A stretch of DNA of 32,592 nt from a phage: the sequence record PQ400057.1; one strand, given 5' to 3'. The notes under the pieces were generated by a model, which was not told where the DNA came from, made no database searches, and saw only the letters and a program-made list of their open reading frames with translations. Made by a program: the position numbers and the translations under genes. Position 1 is the first letter of the stretch. Every line of letters starts with the position of its first letter. Shown here piece by piece: positions 9,962 through 19,505 of this stretch.

Positions 9962-10552
9962 TTACCTCCCCGTCTTGGTTCCTTTAGCGGCAACAATAGG
10001 TGCCTTAGTGGTTGGCTTAGAGTCGAACGCCCCAGACGCATAAGCACTAGCAGCAGATGACCCCATGATAGCCAGTGGGTCAAGAACCATCTGTAGCTTA
10101 CTCTTCTGTTTCTGTTCGCCCTTGTAGATTTCGTCAATCTGACTTGCAGCACTTTGAGTACCACCAAGTTGCTGTGCGAAGATTGCTTGGTAGTCTCTAC
10201 GGTAGTTCTCCGTGACCATGTTGGCCTCCCGAATGAACTGACCTTCTGAGACTCGCTTAATGCGGTCCATTGAGGAACCTTCAAGCATACTTTCTCCGAT
10301 AGCCGCTCGGATAGACCCCATAGCTTGGACCTTCTGCATGTTCTGTGAGGTCAACTCAGCGGACGCTTCCTCAAGTTTACTTCGAGCTTGCAACGATAGG
10401 TCAGCATTCTGGATGTTCGTCTGCTTCATAAGTTCTACTGCTTGACGACGACCAGCGGCGGTCTGTGAAGCTATCATTTTAGCTTGAGCGTTCTGGCTAC
10501 CGATAGCCTGAGCACCAGCTAGTGCGATTGGTATTGCAGCAGGCCAACACAT
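9962..10552 (-). CDS. 14: internal virion protein B
   Basis: The 196-aa ORF MCWPAAIPIALAGAQAIGSQNAQAKMIA... matches T7 gp14. Confidence 0.9.
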   Translation of the reverse strand: MCWPAAIPIALAGAQAIGSQNAQAKMIASQTAAGRRQAVELMKQTNIQNADLSLQARSKLEEASAELTSQNMQKVQAMGSIRAAIGESMLEGSSMDRIKRVSEGQFIREANMVTENYRRDYQAIFAQQLGGTQSAASQIDEIYKGEQKQKSKLQMVLDPLAIMGSSAASAYASGAFDSKPTTKAPIVAAKGTKTGR

Positions 10553-10556
10553 ATAA

Positions 10557-10973
10557 TCACCCTCCTTTCGTTATTGTGAATAATTGAAATTGACCATCGC
10601 GTGTGTACTCTTCATGGAATACCGCACCGATAGTCTTGAGGAAACGAATGTGAGACGTATTGCCTACCCACACGTAATTCCAAAGAGTATCATACTTCTC
10701 AAGCATCTTATCGCGATACTCCATGATTAACTTACGGAACTCTCGCTTAGCTTTTCCACTAAGTCGCCACACTTGGTCGCTCGTAACGAACCAGCACTGG
10801 TCCCCACAGTTACCACCGATGGCTAGAGGGAACCCATAGAGGCTCAACGTGACACACTCGGAAGCATCAGGGAAACTCGGCTCAATACCAGCAGCCTTAG
10901 CTTCAAGAATGTCATGGTGAGCCGGAGTGAATACCTCAAAGTCTGTACTTTTAGTAGGTCTTATAATCATCAT
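10557..10973 (-). CDS. 13: internal virion protein A
   Basis: The ATG at 10973 gives MMIIRPTKSTDFEVFTPAHHDILEAK... (138 aa), matching T7 gp13, with GGGAGGG upstream. The track ORF extends further 5' with no support. Confidence 0.9.
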   Translation of the reverse strand: MMIIRPTKSTDFEVFTPAHHDILEAKAAGIEPSFPDASECVTLSLYGFPLAIGGNCGDQCWFVTSDQVWRLSGKAKREFRKLIMEYRDKMLEKYDTLWNYVWVGNTSHIRFLKTIGAVFHEEYTRDGQFQLFTITKGG

Positions 10974-10999
10974 AAGAAACCCTCCCGTAGTCGTATTGT

Positions 11000-11022
11000 T
11001 CTCCCTATAGTGAGTCGTATTA
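11000..11022 (-). promoter_or_regulatory. phage RNAP promoter phi13 (class III consensus)
   Basis: The reverse complement is TAATACGACTCACTATAGGGAGA, just upstream of gene 13. Confidence 0.85.
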
Positions 11023-11052
11023 ATTTCGAGCCACCACAGGGAGAACATTTAA

Positions 11053-13443
11053 TTAAATACCGGAACTTCTCCGTAAGTAGTTACCTTCCCAGCCACACCC
11101 AATGATGTTCAGAGGGGTAGTCTCATCTGACAAGATGTATACTGTATTGAACTTGGCGTTGCCCACCACAGGGAATCGGTATTGTCCGGTCCCTAAGTTC
11201 AATCTCCCAGCCCTCAGAGCGTTAGAGCCTAATCGCGCGCCAGCCATTGTGTACTTCCAGTTGGACGATTGGTTCTCAACATAAATGTCAAATGTGCCAG
11301 ACTCCTCATAGTTAACCCACGCTCGGCGTAACTGTAAACGACCAATGTCTTCCGTGGAGGTAGACCCATCGTCGGCAGTTTGCTTAATGAGGAACTTAGA
11401 GAACTCATAGACGAAGTGTATGTTGAACCCAATGAACACTTCACGTCCCTCTAAGTTACCACTGAGTCTCAGCCAAGGGTCACTATTCCACCCACCAGTT
11501 GGTTGCTCACATACGGTTATCTTACCATCAGGCTCCAATACTGTGATTGTGTCCCTCCCGAAGTTTGCACCACCATAAATGGTTGGAATATGGATAGAGG
11601 TAGTGAACGTGTCATCGTTGTATGTTCCACTCGGAATCGTGTAGCGAATCTTCATGTCCATAAAGGCACGGTAAGGTTCACCTTGTAAATCAATGGCGTT
11701 CTTAGTGAAAGAGATTTTAGCTAGGAACGTATTGAATTCATTACGAAGAATAACGTACATATCTGAGTTGATGCTCTGGCACGCTAGAACCTGCACGTTT
11801 GCCCCAAAGTCCCAATGGGACCACGACTGTTGTCTTAACTCTTCGTTCAGGTACAGGAATTTGTACATGAAGATTTTACTTGGGTCCCCTTGAGATAGTA
11901 CCGAACAGAAGTTTTCCGTACCACTGCCGCAAATACTAAACACACCATTTGGGATATAGTTAGGAACATGTGCTGTAATGTCCTCAGCGTTCTTAACGGA
12001 ACTGACATCCTGCACAGCGTAGTACCTGTGGATGGACGTGTAGCTGGACCTCGGACTAGCAAAGTAGACATTACGCCCAATCCCATAAGGTCTCGCTCGG
12101 TCCTGTACATCAAACTGGGTCGTTAGGTTCAACTCAACTGACTTCGACGTGAGAGTACCGGAAGCAGTCAGGACGAACTGAGCTTCGTCTGACCAAATGA
12201 GCAACTCCTCAGAGAACGGAACGGCATACTTAAGGATTGCGATTCGGTTGGTACTCACAGCCACATCAATAGGGTCATCGTCACTCAAGTTAGCGATTGA
12301 CGCTGGGTAGAAGTTGAAGTACTTAGCGGTTCTACTCAGGATGATATTCTCACCACTAAGGAAACCCAAACGGTTACGGAAGAAGAACACATCGTTGATT
12401 GTGGAGTCCATGAAGGAAGGCCATGGGTTTGTATCGTCATCACCGCAGGTTTTAGGGTTCCACTCAAGCCATCTGAACTCAAAGTTGCCATCAGAAGCCC
12501 TAACGAGTGCATGTGGCATCGTTTCATATAGAAGCTGATTGTTAACGTTCCATCCCAGTGTCTCCACCCATACTTTGCGAGTAGCATCATATCTGACGTA
12601 ATATTGATCAGCAGACTTTGACGCATCCCCTACGATTTTCACCATGTATCCATCAGGAGCGTTAGGTGGCAGCTTAGAGAACGACTGAGCGTAGTGAGTA
12701 ACAGGATTAATCAACTGGTCCGCATAACCATCCTTAGTCACTAGGGAGTTAATCTCACCAGCAGCGTCAGCAATAATGTGAATGAAACCCTGTCCAACGT
12801 TAAAGGTCCATCCGGGAGTATTTGCCCGAAGTTGTCGCGCAAGTTCCTCAGCGAGCCATTGAGCATCCGTGTTATTAACATGTGCTGGCTGTGAGCCATC
12901 AGGAATCTGGTAGCTTGCTTGGGTTCCACCGTTTATCTGAATCTGTAGTGTTCTACCATATTGACCACCACGAACGTTGATTAGCGCATCCTTCTTAGGG
13001 TTAAACCCAGGAAGGTTTACCGAGTTGGGATTGCGTGCTACCCTTACGTTTCTGTTAACGATGAACGTATAATCAGCCACAGTGACCATCCTCAAGTCAT
13101 TCCTTGGGTTTGCAGTGTTTATATACGAGGAACCATCTGTAGGGTATCGCACCTGTTTTTCGTTACCAGCAAGGTCAAACACACGGATTCCTGTCCCAGT
13201 GAACACAGCGTAATACTGTTCGTTTTCGTCACGGTTAATCAGATGGATGTAAGGTGCTTGTCCTAAATCACCGCTTCCTCCTAGGGTCTTAAGGAAAACC
13301 ATAGGTGGACGCTTTTGGAGGCCCTCGGTCTCCGAAGACCAACCGTTAACCTGACGTGACCCTTGGTCTGGATAACGAAGGATGTCAGGCTGTTGACTGA
13401 TACCACCCTTCAAGTTCTTAATTGATTGGCTAATGAGTGCCAT
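11053..13443 (-). CDS. 12: tail tubular protein B
   Basis: The 796-aa ORF MALISQSIKNLKGGISQQPDILRYPDQGSRQVNGW... matches T7 gp12. Confidence 0.95.
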   Translation of the reverse strand: MALISQSIKNLKGGISQQPDILRYPDQGSRQVNGWSSETEGLQKRPPMVFLKTLGGSGDLGQAPYIHLINRDENEQYYAVFTGTGIRVFDLAGNEKQVRYPTDGSSYINTANPRNDLRMVTVADYTFIVNRNVRVARNPNSVNLPGFNPKKDALINVRGGQYGRTLQIQINGGTQASYQIPDGSQPAHVNNTDAQWLAEELARQLRANTPGWTFNVGQGFIHIIADAAGEINSLVTKDGYADQLINPVTHYAQSFSKLPPNAPDGYMVKIVGDASKSADQYYVRYDATRKVWVETLGWNVNNQLLYETMPHALVRASDGNFEFRWLEWNPKTCGDDDTNPWPSFMDSTINDVFFFRNRLGFLSGENIILSRTAKYFNFYPASIANLSDDDPIDVAVSTNRIAILKYAVPFSEELLIWSDEAQFVLTASGTLTSKSVELNLTTQFDVQDRARPYGIGRNVYFASPRSSYTSIHRYYAVQDVSSVKNAEDITAHVPNYIPNGVFSICGSGTENFCSVLSQGDPSKIFMYKFLYLNEELRQQSWSHWDFGANVQVLACQSINSDMYVILRNEFNTFLAKISFTKNAIDLQGEPYRAFMDMKIRYTIPSGTYNDDTFTTSIHIPTIYGGANFGRDTITVLEPDGKITVCEQPTGGWNSDPWLRLSGNLEGREVFIGFNIHFVYEFSKFLIKQTADDGSTSTEDIGRLQLRRAWVNYEESGTFDIYVENQSSNWKYTMAGARLGSNALRAGRLNLGTGQYRFPVVGNAKFNTVYILSDETTPLNIIGCGWEGNYLRRSSGI

Positions 13444-13463
13444 TAGAGCCTCCTTATTTACTA

Positions 13464-14054
13464 TTAGCGAGTCAGTAGACCAGAAGTGAACGCATCGCCA
13501 TCCAGCATATTGTACCCACCGTAGTCCACTTCGTACTCCATACAGAGACGTCTAGCCTCATCTTCCTCTTCTTGGAGTACACCCTCTACTTCCGGTGCCC
13601 CAAAGAATCGGTTGTTGAACTGACGGGAAGCCTTGGTGACAATCCAATAACGGAAACATTCAGGCATCTCGTCGTAGTCACGAAGGCGAATAATGTTAAC
13701 GGTAATACCAGAGTCAAATCGGTCTGTCTGGCTCGTTCGGTCATACACATAGCCACCTCGGTTCACGTAGATTGATTGACCGGAAGTAGCCATTAGGGAC
13801 AAATAGTCGTCACTGTATACAATCAGGTTGGAGTAAACATCAGGTAATAGCGTTATGCCTTCCTCAATGTTGAACGTCCATCCACGAGACTGAATCTGAC
13901 GGTTAATCTTGTTGAGAATACGCCGAGCGTTCGCTACGTCTGCGTTAGAGTCACCTTCCAGCGTCGATACCGGAGGTTCTCCGATAGATGCCAGAATGTC
14001 GTTCACAGCGGATAACTCAGCGGCAGTCTCAACGTTCATATCGTATGAGCGCAT
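13464..14054 (-). CDS. 11: tail tubular protein A
   Basis: The 196-aa [31 protein letters not shown]... matches T7 gp11. Confidence 0.95.
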   Translation of the reverse strand: MRSYDMNVETAAELSAVNDILASIGEPPVSTLEGDSNADVANARRILNKINRQIQSRGWTFNIEEGITLLPDVYSNLIVYSDDYLSLMATSGQSIYVNRGGYVYDRTSQTDRFDSGITVNIIRLRDYDEMPECFRYWIVTKASRQFNNRFFGAPEVEGVLQEEEDEARRLCMEYEVDYGGYNMLDGDAFTSGLLTR

Positions 14055-14070
14055 ATAGTTCCTCCTTTAA

Positions 14071-14119
14071 GCAAAAAACCCCTCAAGACCCGTTTAGAGG
14101 CCCCAAGGGGTTATGCTAG
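14071..14119 (-). terminator. Tphi-type terminator for phage RNAP (GC hairpin plus U-tract)
   Basis: The reverse complement is CTAGCATAACCCCTTGGGGCCTCTAAACGGGTCTTGAGGGGTTTTTTGC, the T7 Tphi hairpin sequence, between genes 10 and 11. Confidence 0.85.
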
Positions 14120-15315
14120 TTATTGCTCAGCAGTGGCAGCAGCCAACTCAGCTTCCTTTCGGGCTTTGTTAGCAGCGCGGGTGCGTGCGGCCTTCTGTGC
14201 TGGCGTTAAGGTTTCTTCTGTTGAAGTAACACTCACCTCTTCGGGACTAGCAGCGACCGTTGAGGTCACTCCCAGCATTACTCCCCCGTGAAAACCACTG
14301 CACCAGCAGCTTCTGGGCGCAGACCACCGTGGCCCATTGCGTACTTAGCGATAATCTGGTCCGCTTGGAAGTTAGCACGGCGAGCGCGCTCCAGAGCCAA
14401 GTCACGCAGCTTAACAGTACCTACCGCAGAGCGGTGCATGAACAGGCCGATAACGTTGTCCTTAGCAACCTTGGCATTACCATCACCTTTATTGGCAGGG
14501 AAGACGTGCTTCTGACCAGTAGTGCCCTCGCGAGTGGTACCAGCGCCACCAGCGGTGAGGTGCGGAACTTCTACAACCTCAAAGCCCATAACGTTGCGGA
14601 TAGAACCCTTCTCAGGGTCAATCAGAGCAGCGTAGTTTGCTGCGTTCGGCATAAGTGCTGCCAGAATCGCAGAGTAGCTATCTGGGTCACAGTAGAACAC
14701 ACGGTCAGCAGCCGGAACGTAGTTCTTGGTCAGAGCCGCACGAGCCTTAGTCAGAGCCGCAATAATCTCCTTACCAAGCGCAACTTGGTCGGTAAGTGCA
14801 GACTTGTTCTGAGTGGTCTCAATTACGGTAGCAGTACCTAAGCCCTCGATGTTCTCATTATATTGGCTTTCCACGTTACACAGACCAGCAATCTCTGCCA
14901 GAACCGCACCGTCCGCAGCCATCGCCAGAGATTCACCTAACTGAGAGGTGTACTCGGAGCGAACATCATAATGGTTCATCGCGTCCTCAATATCGTAAAT
15001 CAGAACGTCAGCCGTCAGGAGACCATCAATGGTGATTACCTTCTCGGTGTGTTTGATGTCCTTACGTTTATCGTCGAGGTTCTCACCCGGAGCCAGATAC
15101 GCTGCCTGAGTGCGACCCAGAACAGGGAACTGAGCGGATTTACCGCTGGAGATGGAACGGACCATGTGGCGAGAAGTGGTCACAGAGGTACGAGCGAATG
15201 CGGTCAGAACTTCACCGCCAAATACCTTCAAGAACAACGCCAGTTTATCGGCACCAGCACTTACGCCTTTACCTTGGTTAGTACCAATTTGCTGTCCACC
15301 AGTCATGTTAGCCAT
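14120..15315 (-). CDS. 10B: minor capsid protein 10B, predicted -1 frameshift extension of 10A
   Basis: The slippery G GTT TTC lies just before the 10A stop. The -1 frame stays open about 52 codons to a TAA at 14120 and encodes ...SPEEVSVTSTEETLTPAQKAARTRAANKARKEAELAAATAEQ, like the T7 10B tail. The frame offset is consistent with a -1 shift. Confidence 0.5.
14278..15315 (-). CDS. 10A: major capsid protein 10A
   Basis: The 345-aa ORF MANMTGGQQIGTNQGKG... is near-identical to T7 10A (T7 has MASMTGGQQMG). It is preceded by the strong gene 10 leader with AAGGAG. Confidence 0.95.
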   Translation of the reverse strand: MANMTGGQQIGTNQGKGVSAGADKLALFLKVFGGEVLTAFARTSVTTSRHMVRSISSGKSAQFPVLGRTQAAYLAPGENLDDKRKDIKHTEKVITIDGLLTADVLIYDIEDAMNHYDVRSEYTSQLGESLAMAADGAVLAEIAGLCNVESQYNENIEGLGTATVIETTQNKSALTDQVALGKEIIAALTKARAALTKNYVPAADRVFYCDPDSYSAILAALMPNAANYAALIDPEKGSIRNVMGFEVVEVPHLTAGGAGTTREGTTGQKHVFPANKGDGNAKVAKDNVIGLFMHRSAVGTVKLRDLALERARRANFQADQIIAKYAMGHGGLRPEAAGAVVFTGE

Positions 15316-15377
15316 ATGTATGTCTCCTTCTTAAGAAAGTTAAACAAAGAATAATTTCTAGAGGGAAACCGTTGTGG

Positions 15378-15400
15378 TCTCCCTATAGTGAGTCGTATTA
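15378..15400 (-). promoter_or_regulatory. phage RNAP promoter phi10 (class III consensus) with GGGAGACCACAACGGTTTCCC leader stem-loop
   Basis: The reverse complement is TAATACGACTCACTATAGGGAGACCACAACGGTTTCCCTCTAGAAATAA...AAGAAGGAGACATACATATG, the gene 10 promoter and leader. Confidence 0.9.
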
Positions 15401-15413
15401 ATTTCAGAGTCTA

Positions 15414-16337
15414 TCAGAAGTTCGAATCGATTACTTTCTGTTCGACTTGACGACGATAGTTGGCATCTGTGCGATACCGAGGGTCACTCATAGCTTTAAT
15501 CATCTCGCTACGGTCCGCAAAGCCTTCACGCTTGGTAGCCTGAGGTTTAGCCGGAATAGCACGATTAGTTACACTACGAGTTGGCTTACGACCAAATGCC
15601 TTAGCGCGAGACTCACCAGCCAAGTTGATGATAGCCTTAACGGTCGCTAAGTCACGATTGGTCAGAGCATTGTCCAGCGACTGTGCAGCCTCAGGGTTGT
15701 GCGTCTCAAGGTGATTATACAGTGCGTCAAAGCGTTCACGACCACCAGCGTACTCAATGACACTGTTTACGTACTGCTCCACCAGAGCTTCTTGACCACG
15801 AATGTATGAGTCAATGAAAGCCTTCGTGTAGCCAATTTCAGCCAGCTTAGCGTAGGACTCAGCGGACAACTCTTCGTTCTCCTCGTACTCACGCTGGATA
15901 GCCTCAATGGTCTCGACACTCATTCCACGCTCGGCAGCAATGTTAATCATCTCTTGGAAGCCTTCTTCGTGCTCGCCAAGTTGCTCAGAGGCAGCTACCA
16001 GTTCTTCTGGGGTCTCACCCAGTGGGGTAAACTCTTCGGAACCTTCGGTGCCCTCAACGCCTTCTTCTCCAGTGTCCACATCGGTCGGCTCTGAACCATC
16101 ACCAATACGAACCTGAATGCGCCCCTCATCGTCCTCTTGACCGAACGGGTCAGAGTTGTCATACAGGTCACGTTCTGTTTCCACTTCGTCGGACGCTAAC
16201 TCGATTGCATCATCGCCATCACGGGCAGCAACATCAAGAGCCAGCATGTTCTGCTCATGTTCCTCAACGGAACCACCAGACATCACAGCGGAGTTCACGC
16301 CAAAAGATGCATATACGTCTGCATTAGATTCAGCCAT
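15414..16337 (-). CDS. 9: capsid assembly (scaffolding) protein
   Basis: The 307-aa acidic ORF MAESNADVYASFGVNSAVMSGGSVEEHEQNMLALD... matches T7 gp9. Confidence 0.95.
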   Translation of the reverse strand: MAESNADVYASFGVNSAVMSGGSVEEHEQNMLALDVAARDGDDAIELASDEVETERDLYDNSDPFGQEDDEGRIQVRIGDGSEPTDVDTGEEGVEGTEGSEEFTPLGETPEELVAASEQLGEHEEGFQEMINIAAERGMSVETIEAIQREYEENEELSAESYAKLAEIGYTKAFIDSYIRGQEALVEQYVNSVIEYAGGRERFDALYNHLETHNPEAAQSLDNALTNRDLATVKAIINLAGESRAKAFGRKPTRSVTNRAIPAKPQATKREGFADRSEMIKAMSDPRYRTDANYRRQVEQKVIDSNF

Positions 16338-16416
16338 TATTATTGTCTCCTTAAAGTTGAACTACAGGAAGACCGAGTACTCCAACCTCTTGTCATCGCT
16401 CATTTCAAAGATGAGG

Positions 16417-16439
16417 TCTCCCTATAGTGAGTCGTATTA
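16417..16439 (-). promoter_or_regulatory. phage RNAP promoter phi9 (class III consensus)
   Basis: The reverse complement is TAATACGACTCACTATAGGGAGA, upstream of gene 9 and overlapping the gene 8 stop. Confidence 0.85.
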
Positions 16440-18047
16440 AATGCCCGGCTGTAGACCTACGGAATCAGCAGCAGCAGCCATAGCCTCAGGTGAAGCTGTA
16501 GCCTGTGCAGCCATACCTTGAGCCAGCGCAGCAGCACCATTATCCATACCCATTTGCATAGACTGTTGGGCCATCTTCTGTTGCTTCTGTTCTTCGGTGA
16601 GAAGGATACCAGAAGTGTCAATACCGATAGCGTTCGCAATGCGCAACTTAATCATCGCAAGGTTGATGTCAGGGTCATCGCGCATAGGAGCTAGGGCAGC
16701 CCACGCAGTGACACAACGCTCCAACTTATCAAGGTCTTGACCTCGACCAATTGCTTCCAGACCTGTACTAATAGTTGGCTCTACGGCTTCCTTAGGTAAC
16801 TCAGGAATCTGTTGCGTGGCTTGTAGTTGCTTCAAGAGCACTCGTACCAGAGGCAATTGTAATTCTTGAGAAAGGATAGAGTAGACACCGCCCAGAGTAT
16901 CTTCAAGTTCAGAAGCTACATACCGAATCTCTTCGGCGGTCACACGTTCGCCTGTACGCTGAACCGCAGAGTTCAACATGAAGGCAAACGAAAGGCGAGC
17001 CTCGATAGCGTCACTTACGGCTTTAGCTACAGTAAAGTCTGCTTGCTTCTCCAGTTGGAGGAACGAGATGTCTTCTGGACGACCTGTAACGAAGTCACCA
17101 GTCTGAGCTTTGGTAAGTCGGCGTGGCTGGGTGATACCAGCAGGATTCACTAAGCCGATAACCTTAGAGCTAATCATGGACATCTTGACGATAGCCTCTT
17201 GGAGATTCTCAAGGGACCGTAAGTCACCTAAGTATTCCTCAATGTACGAACGACCGTAGGATTCACCATCCAGACGAACCATTCGAATCGGGATGTATGG
17301 GCAAGCCTCTTTAGGGTAAGACCCATCGGAGCCTTGTATCTCCATACCTTCAACCTCTTCGTAGCGGAGATATTCGTCTGACTCTTCGTCCAAGTAAATG
17401 TGAGTGTACACATCAATGGTCTCATCAGGTTTCTTCTCGCCGCCTTGACCTTCTACAGCCTTACGGATGTCCTCAGGGAGAGCACCAAAAGCTATCTGGT
17501 CACGAGTCACCATTTGCAGAACGTTGCCGAATGCGTCTCGTTGGACCACATAAGAAGACAATCGGTACAGCTTCATGGGATTATAGTTTGACCCTTCTGG
17601 TTCCGGTAGGTACAGCAGGACGTTACCAGCTACGACTAACTGCTTGAGAGCCTCAAAGAGAGTCACTCGGTAACTGTTAGACTCAATGTAGTTCATGATG
17701 ATACGCTCTACCATCGAGAGACCCTCATCGACCTTAGCGAGTCCATCGGGGTCGTCCAGTAACTGTTTAGCCTCATACTCAGAGATGGTCAGCTTCATCC
17801 ACGTTTGCATCGGGAAGAGAGCCAGCATGAGCTTAGAGGCCAAGTTATTGAGACCGCGAGCACCCACAGCTTGCCACGGAGTCGTGTAGTCTGTTGATGC
17901 GTTATCGGAATCCTTAGGGAAGAGGGACGGAATGGTGTACTGAGCGCAGTTTTGAGCACGAGTCTCATACGGAGCGCGGTCGTTCTTCAATCGCTCATAG
18001 ACCGACTTTGCGCCTTCCTCGGCTAGACCTGTACGCTTCTCAGCCAT
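16437..18047 (-). CDS. 8: portal (head-tail connector) protein
   Basis: The 536-aa ORF MAEKRTGLAEEGAKSVYERLKNDRAPYETRAQN... matches T7 gp8. Confidence 0.95.
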   Translation of the reverse strand: MAEKRTGLAEEGAKSVYERLKNDRAPYETRAQNCAQYTIPSLFPKDSDNASTDYTTPWQAVGARGLNNLASKLMLALFPMQTWMKLTISEYEAKQLLDDPDGLAKVDEGLSMVERIIMNYIESNSYRVTLFEALKQLVVAGNVLLYLPEPEGSNYNPMKLYRLSSYVVQRDAFGNVLQMVTRDQIAFGALPEDIRKAVEGQGGEKKPDETIDVYTHIYLDEESDEYLRYEEVEGMEIQGSDGSYPKEACPYIPIRMVRLDGESYGRSYIEEYLGDLRSLENLQEAIVKMSMISSKVIGLVNPAGITQPRRLTKAQTGDFVTGRPEDISFLQLEKQADFTVAKAVSDAIEARLSFAFMLNSAVQRTGERVTAEEIRYVASELEDTLGGVYSILSQELQLPLVRVLLKQLQATQQIPELPKEAVEPTISTGLEAIGRGQDLDKLERCVTAWAALAPMRDDPDINLAMIKLRIANAIGIDTSGILLTEEQKQQKMAQQSMQMGMDNGAAALAQGMAAQATASPEAMAAAADSVGLQPGI

Positions 18048-18061
18048 GTGTCACCTCCTGA

Positions 18062-18364
18062 TTAAATATTGATGCCGCCACCGGAGCTACGAGCCACACT
18101 CAAGGATTTCTTACCACCAGCACGGGCTTTCTTACGTCCGCTTTCGGTCTGTGCTTCGTCCTCAGTGGAGACCTCTTTCTCAGGTACGTCAACAATCTGT
18201 GCAGCAGGAGTTGCAGCAGCCTGTGGCACTTCCACTACCTGCGCTTCACCAGCGCCACCAGCCAGACCACTGGCAACCTGTTTAACCGGACGAGCCACTT
18301 CCTTAACGACTTTCTTAACGGACTTAGTGACTTTCTTCACGGCCTTCTTGACTTTCTTACCCAT
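18062..18364 (-). CDS. 7.3: tail/host-range protein 7.3
   Basis: The 100-aa Lys-rich ORF MGKKVKKAVKKVTKSVKKVVKE... matches T7 gp7.3. Confidence 0.85.
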   Translation of the reverse strand: MGKKVKKAVKKVTKSVKKVVKEVARPVKQVASGLAGGAGEAQVVEVPQAAATPAAQIVDVPEKEVSTEDEAQTESGRKKARAGGKKSLSVARSSGGGINI

Positions 18365-18367
18365 AAC

Positions 18368-18769
18368 TTATACCTCCTTAAAGTATACACGCATTGTCTC
18401 GCCTTCATGTTTACAGCGGGACACCCAATTGCAATCGTGGAGTTCTGCAAGGTTCTTAAAGCGTTTCGCTATGAATCGCTGTAAGCCCTTAGAGTCTGCC
18501 TCAGGATTAATAACAACGGACGTTATATCCAGAATGTCTCCTTTGTGGTGAATGTCACAGCTTACGCACCACGCGAAGTACGCTACATGTTTTCCGGTAG
18601 AGTCCAGAATGTACTCTTCACGACAACCGGACATGTCCATTACTTCGTCTACGTAGAGGCTGTAGCCCACAAAGTGTCCTTCGAATCCTTTAGGCAACCC
18701 AAGGTGCTCTACAGTCCACCGGATTGCACGGAAGCGACTCTTGGCCTCCACACATGTGAACGCAGACAT
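18368..18769 (-). CDS. 7: gene 7 protein (host range / virion)
   Basis: MSAFTCVEAKSRFRAIRWTVEHLGLPKGFEGHF... (133 aa from the ATG at 18769) matches T7 gp7. Confidence 0.85.
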   Translation of the reverse strand: MSAFTCVEAKSRFRAIRWTVEHLGLPKGFEGHFVGYSLYVDEVMDMSGCREEYILDSTGKHVAYFAWCVSCDIHHKGDILDITSVVINPEADSKGLQRFIAKRFKNLAELHDCNWVSRCKHEGETMRVYFKEV

Positions 18770-19035
18770 CACTTCTTGCCTCCAAATGCGGACTTACGGA
18801 TTGAAGATTTCATACGAGCGGAGCCATTGCCGCTGGCTTTAGACTTCGCTACGGAATCATCGCGTTCGACCTTGAGGTCTTTGCGTCCAGACACTTCGGT
18901 GCCTTCGGTATCCGTCTCATCAGAAGACCCACCGAACTCTACGCCAGACACTTCTTGGGTCAGTGGCGCTGGCTCAACGGCTCGAATCTGATTGGTATCC
19001 ATCTTCGGAACTTTAACTTTCGGTGAGAAACACAT
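18769..19035 (-). CDS. 6.7: virion protein 6.7
   Basis: The internal ATG at 19035 gives MCFSPKVKVPKMDTNQIRAVEPAPLTQEVSG... (88 aa), matching T7 gp6.7. GGGAGG is upstream. Confidence 0.8.
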   Translation of the reverse strand: MCFSPKVKVPKMDTNQIRAVEPAPLTQEVSGVEFGGSSDETDTEGTEVSGRKDLKVERDDSVAKSKASGNGSARMKSSIRKSAFGGKK

Positions 19036-19039
19036 AAGG

Positions 19040-19294
19040 TCAATCCTCCCCATCATCTCTTAGTTGTTCCTTGCGTAACTCAATCTCGTCAATGACGTTA
19101 GAGGCATACTGTAGGCCCTGAATGAAACCCAAGATGTGGGCTTCACTGCAACCATTGGCACGCATAAGTCCTATATGACCAGACGCTTCGAGGTACGCAT
19201 AGTTGAATCGAACCTGTAGATACTCAGCGGTTGCACGAGGTACATCTGGAATATCGTTAGGGTTCTTAAGTAAATGGTTAATAGGTGTTAGCAT
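19040..19294 (-). CDS. 6.5: gene 6.5 protein
   Basis: The 84-aa [33 protein letters not shown]... matches T7 gp6.5. Confidence 0.85.
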   Translation of the reverse strand: MLTPINHLLKNPNDIPDVPRATAEYLQVRFNYAYLEASGHIGLMRANGCSEAHILGFIQGLQYASNVIDEIELRKEQLRDDGED

Positions 19295-19348
19295 AATAAA
19301 GATTCCTCTTAGAGTTAAATCTTAAAGTAATAATCATAAAGGCCCCTA

Positions 19349-19371
19349 TCTCCCTATAGTGAGTCGTATTA
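19349..19371 (-). promoter_or_regulatory. phage RNAP promoter phi6.5 (class III consensus)
   Basis: The reverse complement is TAATACGACTCACTATAGGGAGA, upstream of gene 6.5. Confidence 0.85.
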
Positions 19372-19391
19372 ATTTAGGGACCTTGAGTTTA

Positions 19392-19505
19392 TCACTTAGT
19401 GTCGTGTAACGACTTGATTATTCGGGCTAAGTCCCAAAGGCCCCACGCAATGAGGCACACTCCGAGACCACAAAGACCAAGACCAATATACGCTACGGTC
19501 TCCAC
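19392..19505 (-). CDS. 6.3: small membrane protein 6.3 (37 aa)
   Basis: A short ORF (GTG start, AAGGAG 8 nt upstream) encodes ...YIGLGLCGLGVCLIAWGLWDLARIIKSLHDTK, resembling T7 gp6.3, between genes 6 and 6.5. The start codon is uncertain. Confidence 0.5.
   Translation of the reverse strand: METVAYIGLGLCGLGVCLIAWGLWDLARIIKSLHDTK

Noticed and set aside
10557-11048. Long 5' extensions of track ORFs (gp13 from 11048, gp18.5 from 989, gp2 from 27961, gp2.5 from 27716, gp4.7 from 23719, gp5.5 from 21189, gp5.9 from 20597, gp6.7 from 19056, Tfa from 2008).
   Set aside because: The extensions start at alternative codons without an SD, overlap upstream genes or promoters, and are not in T7 homologs. 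The internal ATG with an SD was used instead.
14260-15354. Plus-strand ORFs on the track (14260..14841, 14288..14515, 14971..15354, 15152..15334) and many other plus-strand ORFs across the window (for example 5137..5562, 18069..18551, 21887..22396, 27120..27650).
   Set aside because: Every one is antisense to a conserved T7-family gene. No phage promoter is oriented to drive plus-strand transcription, and the translations are low-complexity. These are frame artefacts.
15311-15361. NdeI (CATATG) at the gene 10 start and XbaI (TCTAGA) in the gene 10 leader, also NdeI at the ligase start, as possible signs of an engineered expression construct.
   Set aside because: These sites occur naturally in the T7 gene 10 leader, from which pET vectors were derived. 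There is no marker, plasmid origin or other foreign cassette in the window.
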